Positions 24,410 through 37,890 are shown, counted from the first letter of the whole stretch. The stretch: DNA of 63,857 nucleotides, filler included, from Atractiella rhizophila (GCA_021432655.1; 6 parts of 6 records of this genome joined end to end with filler, not necessarily neighbours in it); one strand, 5' to 3'. The notes: generated by a model from the letters alone, not told the origin. Translations and numbers: made by a program.

Positions 24410-25039
24410 NNNNNNNNNNNNNNNNNNNNNNNNNNNNNNNNNNNNNNNNNNNNNNNNNNNNNNNNNNNNNNNNNNNNNNNNNNNNNNNNNNNNNNNNNNN
24501 NNNNNNNNNNNNNNNNNNNNNNNNNNNNNNNNNNNNNNNNNNNNNNNNNNNNNNNNNNNNNNNNNNNNNNNNNNNNNNNNNNNNNNNNNNNNNNNNNNNN
24601 NNNNNNNNNNNNNNNNNNNNNNNNNNNNNNNNNNNNNNNNNNNNNNNNNNNNNNNNNNNNNNNNNNNNNNNNNNNNNNNNNNNNNNNNNNNNNNNNNNNN
24701 NNNNNNNNNNNNNNNNNNNNNNNNNNNNNNNNNNNNNNNNNNNNNNNNNNNNNNNNNNNNNNNNNNNNNNNNNNNNNNNNNNNNNNNNNNNNNNNNNNNN
24801 NNNNNNNNNNNNNNNNNNNNNNNNNNNNNNNNNNNNNNNNNNNNNNNNNNNNNNNNNNNNNNNNNNNNNNNNNNNNNNNNNNNNNNNNNNNNNNNNNNNN
24901 NNNNNNNNNNNNNNNNNNNNNNNNNNNNNNNNNNNNNNNNNNNNNNNNNNNNNNNNNNNNNNNNNNNNNNNNNNNNNNNNNNNNNNNNNNNNNNNNNNNN
25001 NNNNNNNNNNNNNNNNNNNNNNNNNNNNNNNNNNNNNNN
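24410..25039. other. 630-N scaffold gap
   Basis: Run of Ns. Confidence 0.95.
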
Positions 25040-25408
25040 CTTTCCCAAGTTCCGCTCCCAGTTTAGCAACCAGCAGGTTGGTTTTTTTGAGAGTTGGACA
25101 GATTCAGGTGCTGATTTTGGTGACAAGGCGGCCGCTGGGGGTCGTTTGACAGGCACAAAGGGAGATTGAGTTGAGTTCTTTCCAATTCCTTTCAATTACC
25201 GCGCATTTTTGCGGCTTAGGGACGGTCCATTTCCAGCTGTCCAGGGAGTTATCAGCTGCCTGAAATGCAATATCGATCAATACTGATTGGGTCCAAGAAC
25301 CGTCTAACTTACGCCAAAATCCTATTCCTCAGAAGCGAAGGCGTCGCGACGCGTTGTTGTGAAGCACGTGATTTTACACTGTGTTCCGTTCCCTGTTCCC
25401 AAACGACC

Positions 25409-26813
25409 ATGGCATTTGGGATAGATTCACGCCTCGTCCTGCTTGGTCTCCTATTCGGAGCTCTCTCCTTTGTCCTGCCATCTCTATTTACCCTACGAAC
25501 CACAAAACAGGACGCCACTTGGTTGGCTGCCAAACGGTGCGTTCCTCGTCTTGTTCCAGAATGACAGAAATGGTGTGCTGACACCGTGTGGCTTTGAAAG
25601 TCTCCAGGACAGAATCCCCATTGTAGAAAACCATGATCCCCTCTCAGCCATAAGCGGCGACTCGCTCGTATCCATCAAACCACCGCGAGTGCGGAAGAAC
25701 GAGGAGGAGTCCATATTTGGGAAGGATGCGGTGGTGTTGACAAGTCCGAAAAAGGAAGCACAGAAGAAGGAGCATCGGATGCCGTTATATTTTATAACCT
25801 CTTGTGAGCATTTCATTCCGTTTTCTGGTTCTGGGGAAAGCAAGTGACAAGTGGATGGAAGCGGAAGTGCCGTCGAGCGAGATTAAAGCTGCTTGGAAGA
25901 AGATTGGGGATGAGATTGCTAGCTTGAATGGGCTGAACGGGATCATTGCGCTCCATTTAGCAGAGTGCGTGTGATTCTGCAACGATTTCGTTCTCGGCTC
26001 ATGTAGAGATGTAGTACCAACCCTGGTCAAGAAGTTGTTCAAGTTGCGATGGACTCTGCAGCGACGTACGTCATCACCTTTCCTCGACCCCAGAGATGTA
26101 ACGTTAGTTTGCAGGGGAGGCAACTACGAAACTGTTCTCGGCTCCAACACTTTGCAATCCGAAGACGTTTACTACACGCTCCAAAAGTGCAACATCCCAA
26201 GCACAACCATCAAAAGTGATTCATCAGCTTTCTCTTCCGTTTAAACCACGTCTGACAAATGTCGTTGAAGGCACTCGTGCATCCAGTTCCAAGTCAATAG
26301 AGGATATTCTGTCGTATGACAAAAAGCATCCACATCTTCCAACAGTCCATGCCTTTATCTCGCCTCACACCAACCCTAAATCGCTCCTCCGGATGGGGGA
26401 ATGTCTTTCACAATACAGGTTCGTCCTTCGTTCCTCACCCTGCTCTCAAGGCTGAAGACTTCTCCTAACCAACAATAGGTCACAAGGTATTGTCCTCATC
26501 GGGACAAGCGGGAACTCTCCCTCCCTGCAGACTCCGCCAGCTCAAGACCTTACAAACCTCATCACCCACTTCACGAACAATGCCCGCTCGACTCTCGCAC
26601 TTTCTCTCGACTGGAGCCAGTCCCCTTCTCTCCCTCTCCTCGTTCTCATCGGTGCAGCAAAAGAGGAAGAGGGCGAGCTCCTCTTTCCCTCCAGAACGAA
26701 GGCAAGGGGCGCGGCAGTCGATTATCGTTTTGGTCATGAGTTGGGGGACTCTGACCAACACCTTGGCCTTTAAGATTCCTCTCAGGTTTTGCATTACGTC
26801 AGTAGGGGAATAA
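25409..26813 (+). CDS. Hypothetical protein with N-terminal signal/TM segment
   Basis: MAFGIDSRLVLLGLLFGALSFVLPSLF, followed by exons with GT-AG borders. No family recognised. Confidence 0.5.
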
Positions 26814-26920
26814 CTGGTTAGGTAATAGGAAGCAATTCGAAATTCGAAGTTGAAAAAACCTGTGCATTGCGTTTGTTATTGAGTACAAATTGACAACTTT
26901 CTCCTTGAGCCTCACGAACT

Positions 26921-29698
26921 TCACTCCAGTTTGATGTCCATTATATTCTGTAGAAACAATCGTATTAGTCTCATGGCATCAGCAATCAAAGAGGAACCAC
27001 ATGCCTTTCCGCTTTTGATCTGGACACGAGGCGAAGACATTAGCGATCGTGTTATTATGGAGGAATATACAAACCTCGCTTGCTTTCGGCATCTTCCTCA
27101 ACTTGAACAACTCGCTCGCTCGAGATACCTAGAGAAGATTTTACCTGATACCCCCTCATAAAGCTGCAAACGCACCATTGGATCCCTTCCAACCGTGCAG
27201 AGAGCAACAACTTCGTCTCCTTTCGTATACCAAGCAGCGAATTTCATGTCATCCTTGCCGAAAAAGAATGCAATCAACTTGTCATCCTTTCTGTGTGAGG
27301 TAGCGAAAGGGGGACTAACAAGCGATCCGTCGATAAAGAGTCCATCGAACTTCTTCGCGAGACTGGATCCGTTGGCATACCTGACTTGCTGCCCTTGAGC
27401 TGACCAGAAGACCGGAACTTTGTCGAATCGTTGTCCCGCGCTGGGATTGGCGATGTTGAAGGCTGCACAGCGTCCCATGTTCGAGGCGACATTCCAGTGC
27501 TGTTGCATCATCCAGTTCAAGCTCAAAGCGTTAATGCAGCGGAAGAACACACCTCAATGCGATTCAACTCGCCGGAGACTGGATCAGGATATGTCGCGAT
27601 GTCACCTTTCCGTTTGCATCAGCCATCGCCCTCGAAACCCCTAGAGAAGTGGAAGGAAGGAAGGAGAGCGACATACCAATCGCATATACATTCTGCACGC
27701 CCACCAATTCCAGCTTCTCATTGACTTCAACACTCCCGTCCTGCTGAAACTTGATTCCGTCGCCTCCACTTGTCCTAGAAGCCTTCAACACTTCAGTTGC
27801 CGGCGCTACTCCGACACCTAATACGACAATGTCTGCCTCGATCTTTTCACCTGACTTTAGGACGACAGCTCCCACTTTAGTTGCGTCGTTCGGTTCTATA
27901 GTGCCACTCAGTGGGTACAGCTCATAGAAAAGGAGTGAAGGACAAACTAGCTTCGAACCTATCCACGCCGGCTTCCATAAAGAATTTCGTTCCTTTGCTT
28001 TCATGCACCTACAAAAAAACCATCAGCTTCTGTCTGGACTGAGTCCAAAACACCAAAATAGTGTACCTTTCTCAACGCGTTACCGACCTCAACTCCCAAA
28101 ATCTATGCAGAGATTATTTCGTTCCTCATCATTGAGGTGTAATAAAGGTGACAAACCCGTTCAAATGGCGCTTTCTCCATGCCAATGACCTTTACAGTTG
28201 CTTTCTGCGCCGTAGCGACTGCAAGCTCCATACCAATGAAGGAGCTCCCCTGCACGCCATCAATCAAGGATCAGGGCTCCAACTAAACAAGGGAAGCGAG
28301 GCGAGATTGAGGATATCTTACGACGATGACCAAGTTAGGCTTCGGCCCCTTCTCGTCCGCTGGCAATCCCTTCGTGATAGCAACAGCGTCGTCGATGTCG
28401 CGCAAGACGTGAATGTTAGAGAGAGAAGCTCCCGGAAGAGGAAGGGTCTATTTCACCATACAACAAGTTCAAAAGGGCGGCAGAATCGAAGGACATGCGT
28501 ACCCTCGGTGTACCTCCAGTTGCGACGATGAGCTTATCATATGGGACCTCCTCTCCTCCCACTTTTACCACCTGCGACTTAAAGTCGATGGCATCTGCTT
28601 TCTGCACAAGCCATTATTATATTTTCTTGGGACCTTGAACCGACAACTAGAACAAACCTTTCCAAGCTTGAGCGTAACCCCTAACTCGCCTTCCAGAAAA
28701 TCGTTCTTCCTCAGCATAATCTTTGCCGGATCGGTAATTAGAGCTTTCGAAATCTTCGTCCTGTCAATAGAGGGCCACTCCTTCTGTCCAATAATGGTAA
28801 TCTTGCCCTCGTATCCCGCCTCTCTCAATCCTTCAATCGCGTGACCTCCTCCTGCACCAGCACCGATGATGACTACTCCGTGACCTCCTTTGCTCAAAGA
28901 GCGAAGCTTTGGTTGTCGAATCCTCGATTTCACCACGTTGGGGTCCGCGTGGACGTAAACATCGTCTCCGGACACCTCCACCTGTAGGAGGGTAAGCGAG
29001 ATGGGCAGGACGCTAAGAGGGAGGCACCACGAACGCGGAAGGAGTGCAGGTTTCCGACACCTGGCGCATCTTCGATGTCACCAGAACAGACATTGAATTT
29101 CGCGCCGTGCCATGGACAGACTACATATCGGATCGTCAGTCCACCGAGCTGGCACAGAAGAGAGGTGGGCGCACCTAGTGTTCCGGAGCAAGCGAGAACG
29201 CCTTTTACGAGGGGAGCGCCAAAGTGAGTGCACTTTTACCCTTCGATGTTAGGACGGGTCTCGAGGTTGGGAGGGTAAAATGAAGGAAGGCATGCACCTT
29301 AGCGGTCGTCGCATAGTAACTTCCCTTTATCTTCGAGAGGAGGATAGGATTTTCTTCATCGCCATTGAACGGAATCGATTTCCTTTACATAGAACACAAT
29401 CAGGGCTCTGATAATTTACGCAAGAAGACCTTGTGCAGCAAGAGTTCGTGAAGTGGGATCTGAAGGAGATGACCTACATCTCCCCATCTTGGAGATCAGA
29501 GACCTTCCCTACGTGTTGGCGTTGTGACATTCTTCCTGGGGCAGAGACACAAAGAGTTCGAGCTTTGAAACGAAAGCTGTAACTAAGGTTGTTGGGTGGG
29601 AGCCTCTGGAACTGGCGACGACTTTGAGGAAGGATTGATGCTTGGGATGTGGGTGATTTGGAAAGGACAGTTCGGACGAGGTGCCTGAAGATGAGCAT
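26921..29698 (-). CDS. AIF-like Rieske [2Fe-2S] + FAD/NAD pyridine nucleotide-disulfide oxidoreductase
   Basis: CTHFGAPLVKG...CPWHGAKFN...GDIEDAP (Rieske), then VVIIGAGAGG, LIVATGG, GSSFIGME, NVYAIG, EHWNVA and VPVFWSAQG. Confidence 0.9.
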
Positions 29699-29941
29699 AA
29701 ACTCTTGGTGATGCGTTGCTGAAAGCAGAGAATTGCCGTTAGAGTGACAGATCAGAAAGAGCTTGCCTTTTGAGAGGTTAGCGAGACGTCCAATGACGTC
29801 GAAGCGATTGCACCAACTGAGATAAAGTACAGAGATGATTGGATGCCGATATTTTGGGATTACTCTCAAGAGCAGCTCTGCTTGCTTACAGCTTCAGACT
29901 CAAGTGCGCTAGACGGTAGACGACTTCGAAGAAAAAGAAAG

Positions 29942-30292
29942 ATGGACTATTATACTGGCAAAGGAGAAGTGATTGCTCAGCAGCAATATGGCACCACTCG
30001 CATGCCATCGGATTTCGTGACCTATAATACTCCCGGAGAACTGCTGATACGGTAAGACACTTTTGTGAGGTCGGCGTGCATTACCAACGGGGACAGCTTT
30101 CCAAATGGGACTGTTCACTATTTCGAGCAGTTTGGATGGACAATAGAATGGTGCAATGCAACGAAGTCGGTAAACTTAAACAGTTCCTTTTTCTCTCCCC
30201 TTTATCGATCAGCAGGCACGGAAACGAGAAGACCGTTTCCTCCTTGTCCACTGGGGAGGTACGTGACGTTCTTACTCTTGCTGAGCGTCTGA
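29942..30292 (+). CDS. Putative small spliced ORF (101 aa), overlapping the PHB1 3' end antisense
   Basis: Exon 29942-30051, GTAAGA...ACAG intron 30052-30096, and in-frame exon 30097-30292. Confidence 0.3.
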
Positions 30293-31529
30293 GCAATCTC
30301 TTTCGCAGCATCAATCCGTCGCAGTTGTACAAGACCTTCGCCGGCCTATCCCCAACAGTCATTGGTATTCAACCTTTAAGAGAAGAGAGGGAAAAGAAGG
30401 GCGAGAGGGAGAGAGGGAGAGATTGCGGGTGCAAGATCCGGAAACGTACTCGGTCAAGGGCTTTCGAGATGATGGTCGCTGCCTCGGCTTCACCTTCAGC
30501 TTTGATGACGGATGCTTGTCGCTCTTGTTCCGCCTACGTCCCACCACAATCGACACGTTAGCAAACGGTTTGAGAGAGGGACGAAATGCAAGAATGCGTC
30601 GACACGTACCCGCTCAACAACAAACTTGGCGCGTTCCGCCTCTGTGCAAGAATGAATGTTGAGTTTGTGGAATCTACGGCAACTGGAGTGGCGCACCTTG
30701 CTGGGCGACCTGCTTCGCTTCTACGGCTTGTGTGAACTCCGTCCCGAAAGTCATGTGAGTCTTCCCCACCACCATCACCTCAGCCAATTCATCTTCCAAA
30801 ACAAATGGAAGTGCGCACAATTGAAACATCATCCAGCACAATCCCAAACTCTCCTGCCCTTTTCAACAAGTCCTCTCTGATCCTGCTGCTCACAACCTCG
30901 CGGAGTGTAATAAGCTCGCTGGCATCAAACTGGGCAACAGTAGCCTTCAACACCTCGTTTCCAATCGAGGGAAGCACACGCTCGTCGTAATCCAATCCCA
31001 AATTACGGTAGATGGAGGCCAACTGAGAGACGTTTGGTCGACTCATGACACGGAGTGTGAGGGAAACCATCTGTAAATCCTTCGAACCGGTGGTCGTGGA
31101 GATGTTCCGCGGCTTGATGCGCACATCATACAGGATGGCACGCTGTACGAAAAATGGTTTGGTGAAGCTTCTTGTGGAAAAGGGAAGGACGGACTTGGAG
31201 CCAGGGGATGAGGAAGTGCGTTCCTTCGCTCACAGGCTACCCTCACAACCTTGGGTCAATGCCTATGTCGAACAGCAGAGCGTACCTTATCCTTCACTCC
31301 CTGAAACCTGTCAAACAGTACCGCCCTATCCCGCCAGCCCAAGTCAGCCTTCATTCCTCCCTTAGTAATACGAAAAGTCAACGAACCGGTGTCCACCAGG
31401 TACATCGTAAATTGCAGAGCTGAGGGCCGCAAAGCCCACCGCCGTGGGAACTTTTCACCAAAACCGCCTTAGAGCAACAACGGAATAGGAGAGGAACGCA
31501 CCCATTAACCGTCCTGCCCAGTGTGCCAT
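30202..31529 (-). CDS. PHB1: Prohibitin 1 (SPFH family)
   Basis: IYDVPGG...[84 protein letters not shown]. Confidence 0.93.
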
Positions 31530-31887
31530 CTTTCTTTCAGAAGTTTTTGGTCGTCAGCGCGTTAGGAAGTCTGCCGCAAATGCGGTCACGTGTCATGGTT
31601 TTTTCTCCACTTGCGCTTTACAACTCATCAGCTCCTTATCTTAACACTACTTTTCCTGGTTTCAGAATGTTTTGCTGGAGGAGATACCTAATAAGAATAA
31701 AGCCAGATAGGCTTTTTTGCACTCCAACTAATGGCAAGAGCATACATGCGAACCTAACCCAACATTGGTACAAAGACGGAGGGCGACATTGCCTTTTGTT
31801 TTGGGGAAGAAGAAGAGTAATCAGAAAGACCCGCAGAACAGACCTCCAGAGAACGATGAAGATGAGAAAGTACCCGAGAAACAAAAA

Positions 31888-34756
31888 TCACTTTTTCCGG
31901 AGGTTGGGATGGATGATGAATTCATTGAGACTGTTACAGCCCATCGTCAGCACACGGAAGAGAAAAGGAAATAAAAACTGACGCTTTGCCGGCAGCTACC
32001 ATGGGAAACACATGTTCGATTCTGACGGTTCGTGCTTCAAAGAGGATCGGTTTGTTGTTATCATACTCCATGAACTCTTTCATCTTGGCAGGCAGGTCTG
32101 CTTTCGATTCACAGCGGATGGCATGAACGCCCATGGCTTTTGCGAGAGCTGATTACATTGTCCCGTCAAACGAACGTCAAGGACAAAGTAGACAGAAAAC
32201 GCACAAACGAAGTCAGGGTTCTTCATCGTGGTATGCGAATACCGATTCTCGTAAAAGAGGTCTTGCCATTGAACGACCATGCCCTATATCTCCCTTAGCT
32301 CTGTCCGCAGGCGAAACGGTTCAGGGAAAACGAACCTGGAACTCGTTATTGATGACAAGGACCTTGATACCAATGTTATACTGTGCAGCGGTGGCGAGTT
32401 CCATCGCTGTCATCGAGAAAGATGCGTCTCCATCGATATCTACAACGACCTTGTTCGGCGCAGCCACCTTGGCTCCGATGCAGGCTGGAAGCCCATAGCC
32501 CATCGTCTTTAACCAAAGTCAGCCACATTCTAGAAATGGGTATACAAAGGACGCACTCCGAGTCCACCGCTGGTGATCATAGTCCTTGGATGTCTCCAAC
32601 GATAATGCTGAGCGGCCCACATCTGATGTTGTCCCACACCAGTAGCGATCAAGCAATTCTCCTTCCCATACTCTTCGCACCAAGCATCGAGTTCCTCGAT
32701 GACCTCTTGAGGCTTCATGAACTCTCCTTGCTCTGGCTTCGAAGGCTCATAATACCAAGGGAAATCTTTCTTCCATTGCGCGATCTTGTTGAACCACTCT
32801 TCTCGAGCTGGAGGAGTGTTCGATAGCACGCGGAGAAGATAGCCGAGGTTATGAGAGAGGTCTCCCTCAATGGGAACCGTGGCATTCACCACCTTATTGA
32901 TGTTTTTCGGTTGAATTTCAAAGTGGATGATACCACCTCTTCGCTCCAGCGCAGCAGCGCGAGCAGCAGGTGCGAATTCTACCCGCACAATGATTAGGTC
33001 AGTCTGGAGAAGATGATCTGGGAAGAGAGAGGAGAACACACTATCAAGTGTTCCGGTGACCCTGTCATCGAATCTTGCTCCCAGACAAATGATCAAATCA
33101 GCTTCTTGCATCGCCATATTGGCGTATCCACTTCCATGCATTCCGAGCATATGAAGAGATTTCTTCTCATCGAGTTCATCGAATCCTCCCAATCCATGCA
33201 GACTGGTCGTCACAGGCGCATTCAATTTATCGCTGAGTTCCTTAAGGAGCGCCGGTCCACCAGGTGACCACATGATGCCATGACCAGCATAGATGACTGG
33301 ACGTTTAGCAACGGCACAGAGCGCCGCGGCTCGAGTGATGAGTTGTGGATCGGGCGGCGGGAAGGAGGAGGAGGAAGGGGAGAGAGGATTCGAGCGACCG
33401 AACGGGTTCGACGGGAGCGAGTCGTTGATCATTTCTGGCGCTGTGAACCTCGAAGGGATGGGAACTTTGAGGGTTCCGGCTGTGACGTCTTTGGGGAGGT
33501 CAACGAGGACAGGTCCCGGTCTTCCAGAGGTTGCGATGTGAAAAGCTTCGTTGATTCTCCGTGGAAGCTCAGCGATGTCTTTCACCATGACGTTCCACTT
33601 GGTGCATGCTCTCGAGATTCCCACCACGTCTGCCTCCTGGAACGCATCGCTCCCAATGCTGCTCGTCGCAACCTGTCCACAGAAAACAACGAGCGGCGTG
33701 CCATCCGACAACGCGTCCTGCATCGCCGTGACCACATTCGTCGCTCCAGGTCCAGAAGTGACGAGCACAACTCCAGGCTTTCCACTTGCTCTAGCGTATC
33801 CCTCAGCCATATGACCGGCTCCCTGTTCATGACGCGGGAGGACAAAGTCAAAGTGTTTCGAGTTGTAGATCGCATCGAAAACCGGGAGGATGGCTCCACC
33901 AGGGTAGCCGAAGATCTGCTTGACGTCGTGTCTACGCATCATCTCGTGGAAGATCTGGCCACCCGATAGCCCGACGAAGGAATGATCCAGAGGTTCGGCG
34001 CGTTGGTAGGCACCATGAAGAGGCAGCTCAAGCTCTGACGAAGGAGTAGTCGGGGTCGGTCCTGGTGGAACAGTTGAAGGGAACTTCTGGAAGTTGGGAG
34101 ATGGAATAGGGCGCCTGGTATCAAAGATTAGTTAAGGCCGTAAAATTGAAATGTATGAGTGGAATCCTCGACATCGATCAAACAAGCTGAACATCATGCA
34201 AAGCAAATAATGTCCTGTTTCCAAATACGCTGAGTCTACTCTCTTGCAAAATTGGAGCTCATAGGCTGCGGATCACTCATTGCGGTGCTGTCAAACCCAA
34301 ATCTAAAGGAAGAGCAGCGTAACATCTCAATAAATACTCTTTGAACTTGTCTAGAAAGCAGCTACGCAGCATTCGTGCGGTTACATAGCTCACAGGTGAG
34401 AACGCAGAATGTTTGAGCGATTTAAATTAGAGAGCGGTTCCCTCTAAATCATGGCATATAGGGTTGAAAAAAGTGGAGTTATCCTGCAGCCTTTCCTCAT
34501 GCATACAGGCCCATCACATCAGAAGAAAGGAAAGTAGCATGACCCAAGTCTCAACTTTGTGCAGTCAAAACAAAACGTACTCTACTTCGACCGCATCCTT
34601 CCTGCCAGTACCACTGAGCTGGCGCCCACTAAGGCCGCTGGCGACCTTGAGAGGTCTCGAACTGGAGCTAGAGCCAGTGATAACGCCACCGTTCCTCTTC
34701 GCTGGGATGGAAGACGAGAGTCTGCGAATCGCGCCTGCTGAAGCCTTGAACGACAT
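31888..34756 (-). CDS. ILV2: Acetolactate synthase (AHAS) catalytic subunit, mitochondrial
   Basis: FGYPGGAILP, PRHEQGAGHMAEGYAR, VTSGPGATN, GVGQHQMW, SGGLG|TMGYGLP and TPP motif GDASFSMT...INN. Arg/Ser-rich presequence. Confidence 0.95.
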
Positions 34757-35070
34757 TTTGGGATGGAGCAGCTGGGGATGAGGCCGGGGAGGAGGTGGAG
34801 CCGTAGAAATAGAAAAGGTGGAAAATTTATGAGGCAGAAAGACTCAGAAAAACGATCGATGTTGGTCCTTGTTTGAGTCCTAAACGCCGGTCGCGTGAAA
34901 TCCACCAATTCAATCCTTATCGCAAGCGGCGATTGCCTCTTTTGGATTTCTATGATACAGCTTTTCCGCCCACGTCCGTCCGCCTGCCCACTGCGACAAA
35001 TTGGAACAAACCAACTACAAGTTCCACCGACTATTTCCTCTGATCTTATATCCTTATATCCCAAAAGAGT

Positions 35071-37890
35071 ATGCAAGCAGCCAAGTTCCTCAACAGCTCC
35101 GTATACGACGTCTCTTCCTTGACCCACGATGCCATTTCAGAGCAGCGCGAGTTGGAGTCGCTAGAACTAGAGCGACGACAGACGATGGAGCTCGAGCGCG
35201 AGCGAGCAGAGGCGAAGAGAGTGCGAGGGATAAGGAGGGACGAATATGCGGATGCTGAGGTGGAGGATTAGAAAAGAAACTAGACATCGGAGGAGAGGGA
35301 GTGTGGGGAGCAGGAGGAGGATTTGGAGGGAGAACATGAAGACTCTGGCTTTTATTGGTGGATGGTACGTTTCTGTTTGCTCAAGGTAGGATACACCTAT
35401 TTCTTGCTCCGTTTGTCTTGAAGGTGGAGCGGTTACGTCTTTACCGTTTGTCGTGGTAACCGTGACCTTTCATTGCGCAGAACGGTTACACTTTTTCCGT
35501 TCTTGGTCTCTGTTCAGTTGTGAACGAGTGAAATGTGGTATGCAAGCTGTTACGCACAAACTCCGCTTTGCCCGGGGTAATGTGAAATGCAGACGCAAAG
35601 CGAAAGTGCTGAATTTGTGCCAGAACTCGCATTATGTGCTCCGAGCATGATGTTGGATGCTAGTTTACGATTCAAACATGCTTGACGCATATAGACGAGC
35701 AGTTCAAATTGAAAGCCTTGGTTGTGTACATTTTTCCAGAGCAACTTTCGCCATGCCATGCTCAACCTTTGATTTTGTATCTTCCACCAGTACTGCTTCA
35801 ATTTGCTCTTTCTATTGCCTGTGATAGCGCCGTCGTCTACCATGCTGGAGAATTCGGGGCTAGGTACTGGGATTCTTACCGCGGCGCGTTAAATAAAATT
35901 GCAGAGTTTGAGTCGACGACGACATCTATCTGTTACTTGTGTGCGGATTCTGCAATGTCTCCTACGTTGATCTGTGAAGAAGTTTAGCAAGCCGTGCTAT
36001 TCAGTGCCATAAGAGATGTGATTTTTGGTCAGCAAACCCAGTTGATTGCATTTGGGTTTCCTGGCAGAAGTCGAGCACCCCTGCTCCTAGTCGTGTTCCC
36101 CCAACTTTGTCCAAAGCGTTATCCTGTTACTTATCACGTTTTGTAATGCGTTCTGACATCCTTTTGCACAGGTACCTCTTCTCGACATTAATCAGCGTCT
36201 ACAGTGAGCTACGTCATGTTAACAACACCGTTGACTAATGAAAGGTGCCAGATAAGTGGATGTTTTCAGCAGATCACTACAACTTTGGATATCCACTTTT
36301 CGTCACATCTTTACATATGTTAATTCAGTTCATCCTCTGCTCTATCACCCTTTCTATCTTCTCCTCTCTCCGCCCATCCACCCGTCCATCCCGCTATGAT
36401 TATTTGTAAGCTTTAACTATCCCTTAGGCGTTGCTCACTGCCGATTCAGCACGAAGGCTGCTCCTTGTGGATTGGCAACAGGTCTGGATGTCGGCCTGAG
36501 TAATTTCAGCATGAAGACCATCACTCTGAGCTTCTACAGTTCGTTTTCACTTTACCGCAGTATACAAGCATGGGATAACGCGGATGGGAAGCTATGTGCA
36601 AATCATCCGTCCTCGCTTTCGTCCTGCTCTTTGCTTTCATATTCCGACTTGAAAAGCCATCGTGGCGGCTCACCGGCATCATCGCAATCATCACAGTCGG
36701 AGTCGTCCTCATGGTCAGCCGAGAGACACAATTCGACTTCGGGGGCATGGCAGCGGTATTAACAGGTCGGTTACTTTCCCGGCAACCACAGAAAAACAGT
36801 CCTAACCTTAACTCGATTCATCTAGCATCCGCGCTCGGTGGACTGCGTTGGAGCTTGACCCAAATCCTGCTTGATAAAGAATCAATGGGAATGAACAACC
36901 CTTTTGCTACGCTATTCTTTCTGGCACCTATCATGGGCACCGTTCTAGCCGTTATATCGATGTTCACCGAAGGTCCTTCCAGCTCGTCTCTGTGAAAAGC
37001 CAAAGTTGATGGATTAATAGGTTGGTTCACAATTTTCGCAAATGAAGATGCATTTGGGACACTTTGGAAGACAATTCAAACCTTCGCACTTATCACAGTT
37101 CCGGGATGTCTGGCGTTCTGCATGAACGTCAGCGAATTCGGACTGATCCAGCGCACAAGCGTTGTAACTCTGTACATAACATTTCCCCCCCGTTTTCAGG
37201 AATTGACGCAGGTACAGTTCTGTTTGCGGCATCTTCAAAGAAGTTGGCACTATCGTCGTTGCCACGATCGTTTTTGGGGATCAACTCACGCCGATCAATA
37301 TAAGTGGTTTAGCCGTGACTCTTTTTGGTCCGTTCTGCTCTTGTTTCGTATCTGCATTCTGACATCAGATGTAGGAATCGGCCTCTGTAATCATTCCACT
37401 TCTCTAGTCTTTCTAAGTTCTAACGAGAGAGTAGACAACTACTTCAAATATATGAAACTTTACCGTGACCGTAAAGGGGACCACATTCAACTACGGCCCA
37501 ATGCAGATGAAGAAGCTGGCTTCTTGTCTACAGGCCCAAATCGTGGTGCATACGAGCAAGTGAACACAAGCGTCATTTTCGATGTTGGTTGTCGTCCTGC
37601 TATTCACGCAAGGTCACTGATCTTTTGGATAGAGCGAAAACGGTACGAGACTTTCGATGGACGATCATTATAACGCATCGTCTTCGTCACTCGCTGGGCC
37701 ACATCACGTCCTTGAGTCGGGTTCGGAATCAGATTCGGAAGAAGAGCTGGATTCCACAACACATCTTCATCGCCTTCGACGACCGTCAGAGGCGTCAGAT
37801 CGCGACCTGAGGGAGAAGTTGAGGAAGGACCCTCGGTTGCTAGAACTGGAGGATCAAGAGCGGGACTTTGAGCGCAGTTTGCAGCGGTGA
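35071..37890 (+). CDS. Triose-phosphate transporter (TPT/DMT) family nucleotide-sugar transporter-like protein; start uncertain (35071, 35246 or 35336)
   Basis: GW|YLFSTLISVYN|KWMFS, YPLFVTSLHM, ATGLDVGLSN, MCKSSVLAFVLLFAFIFRLE, GLRWSLTQILL, MNVSEFGLIQRTSVVTL. Confidence 0.85.
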
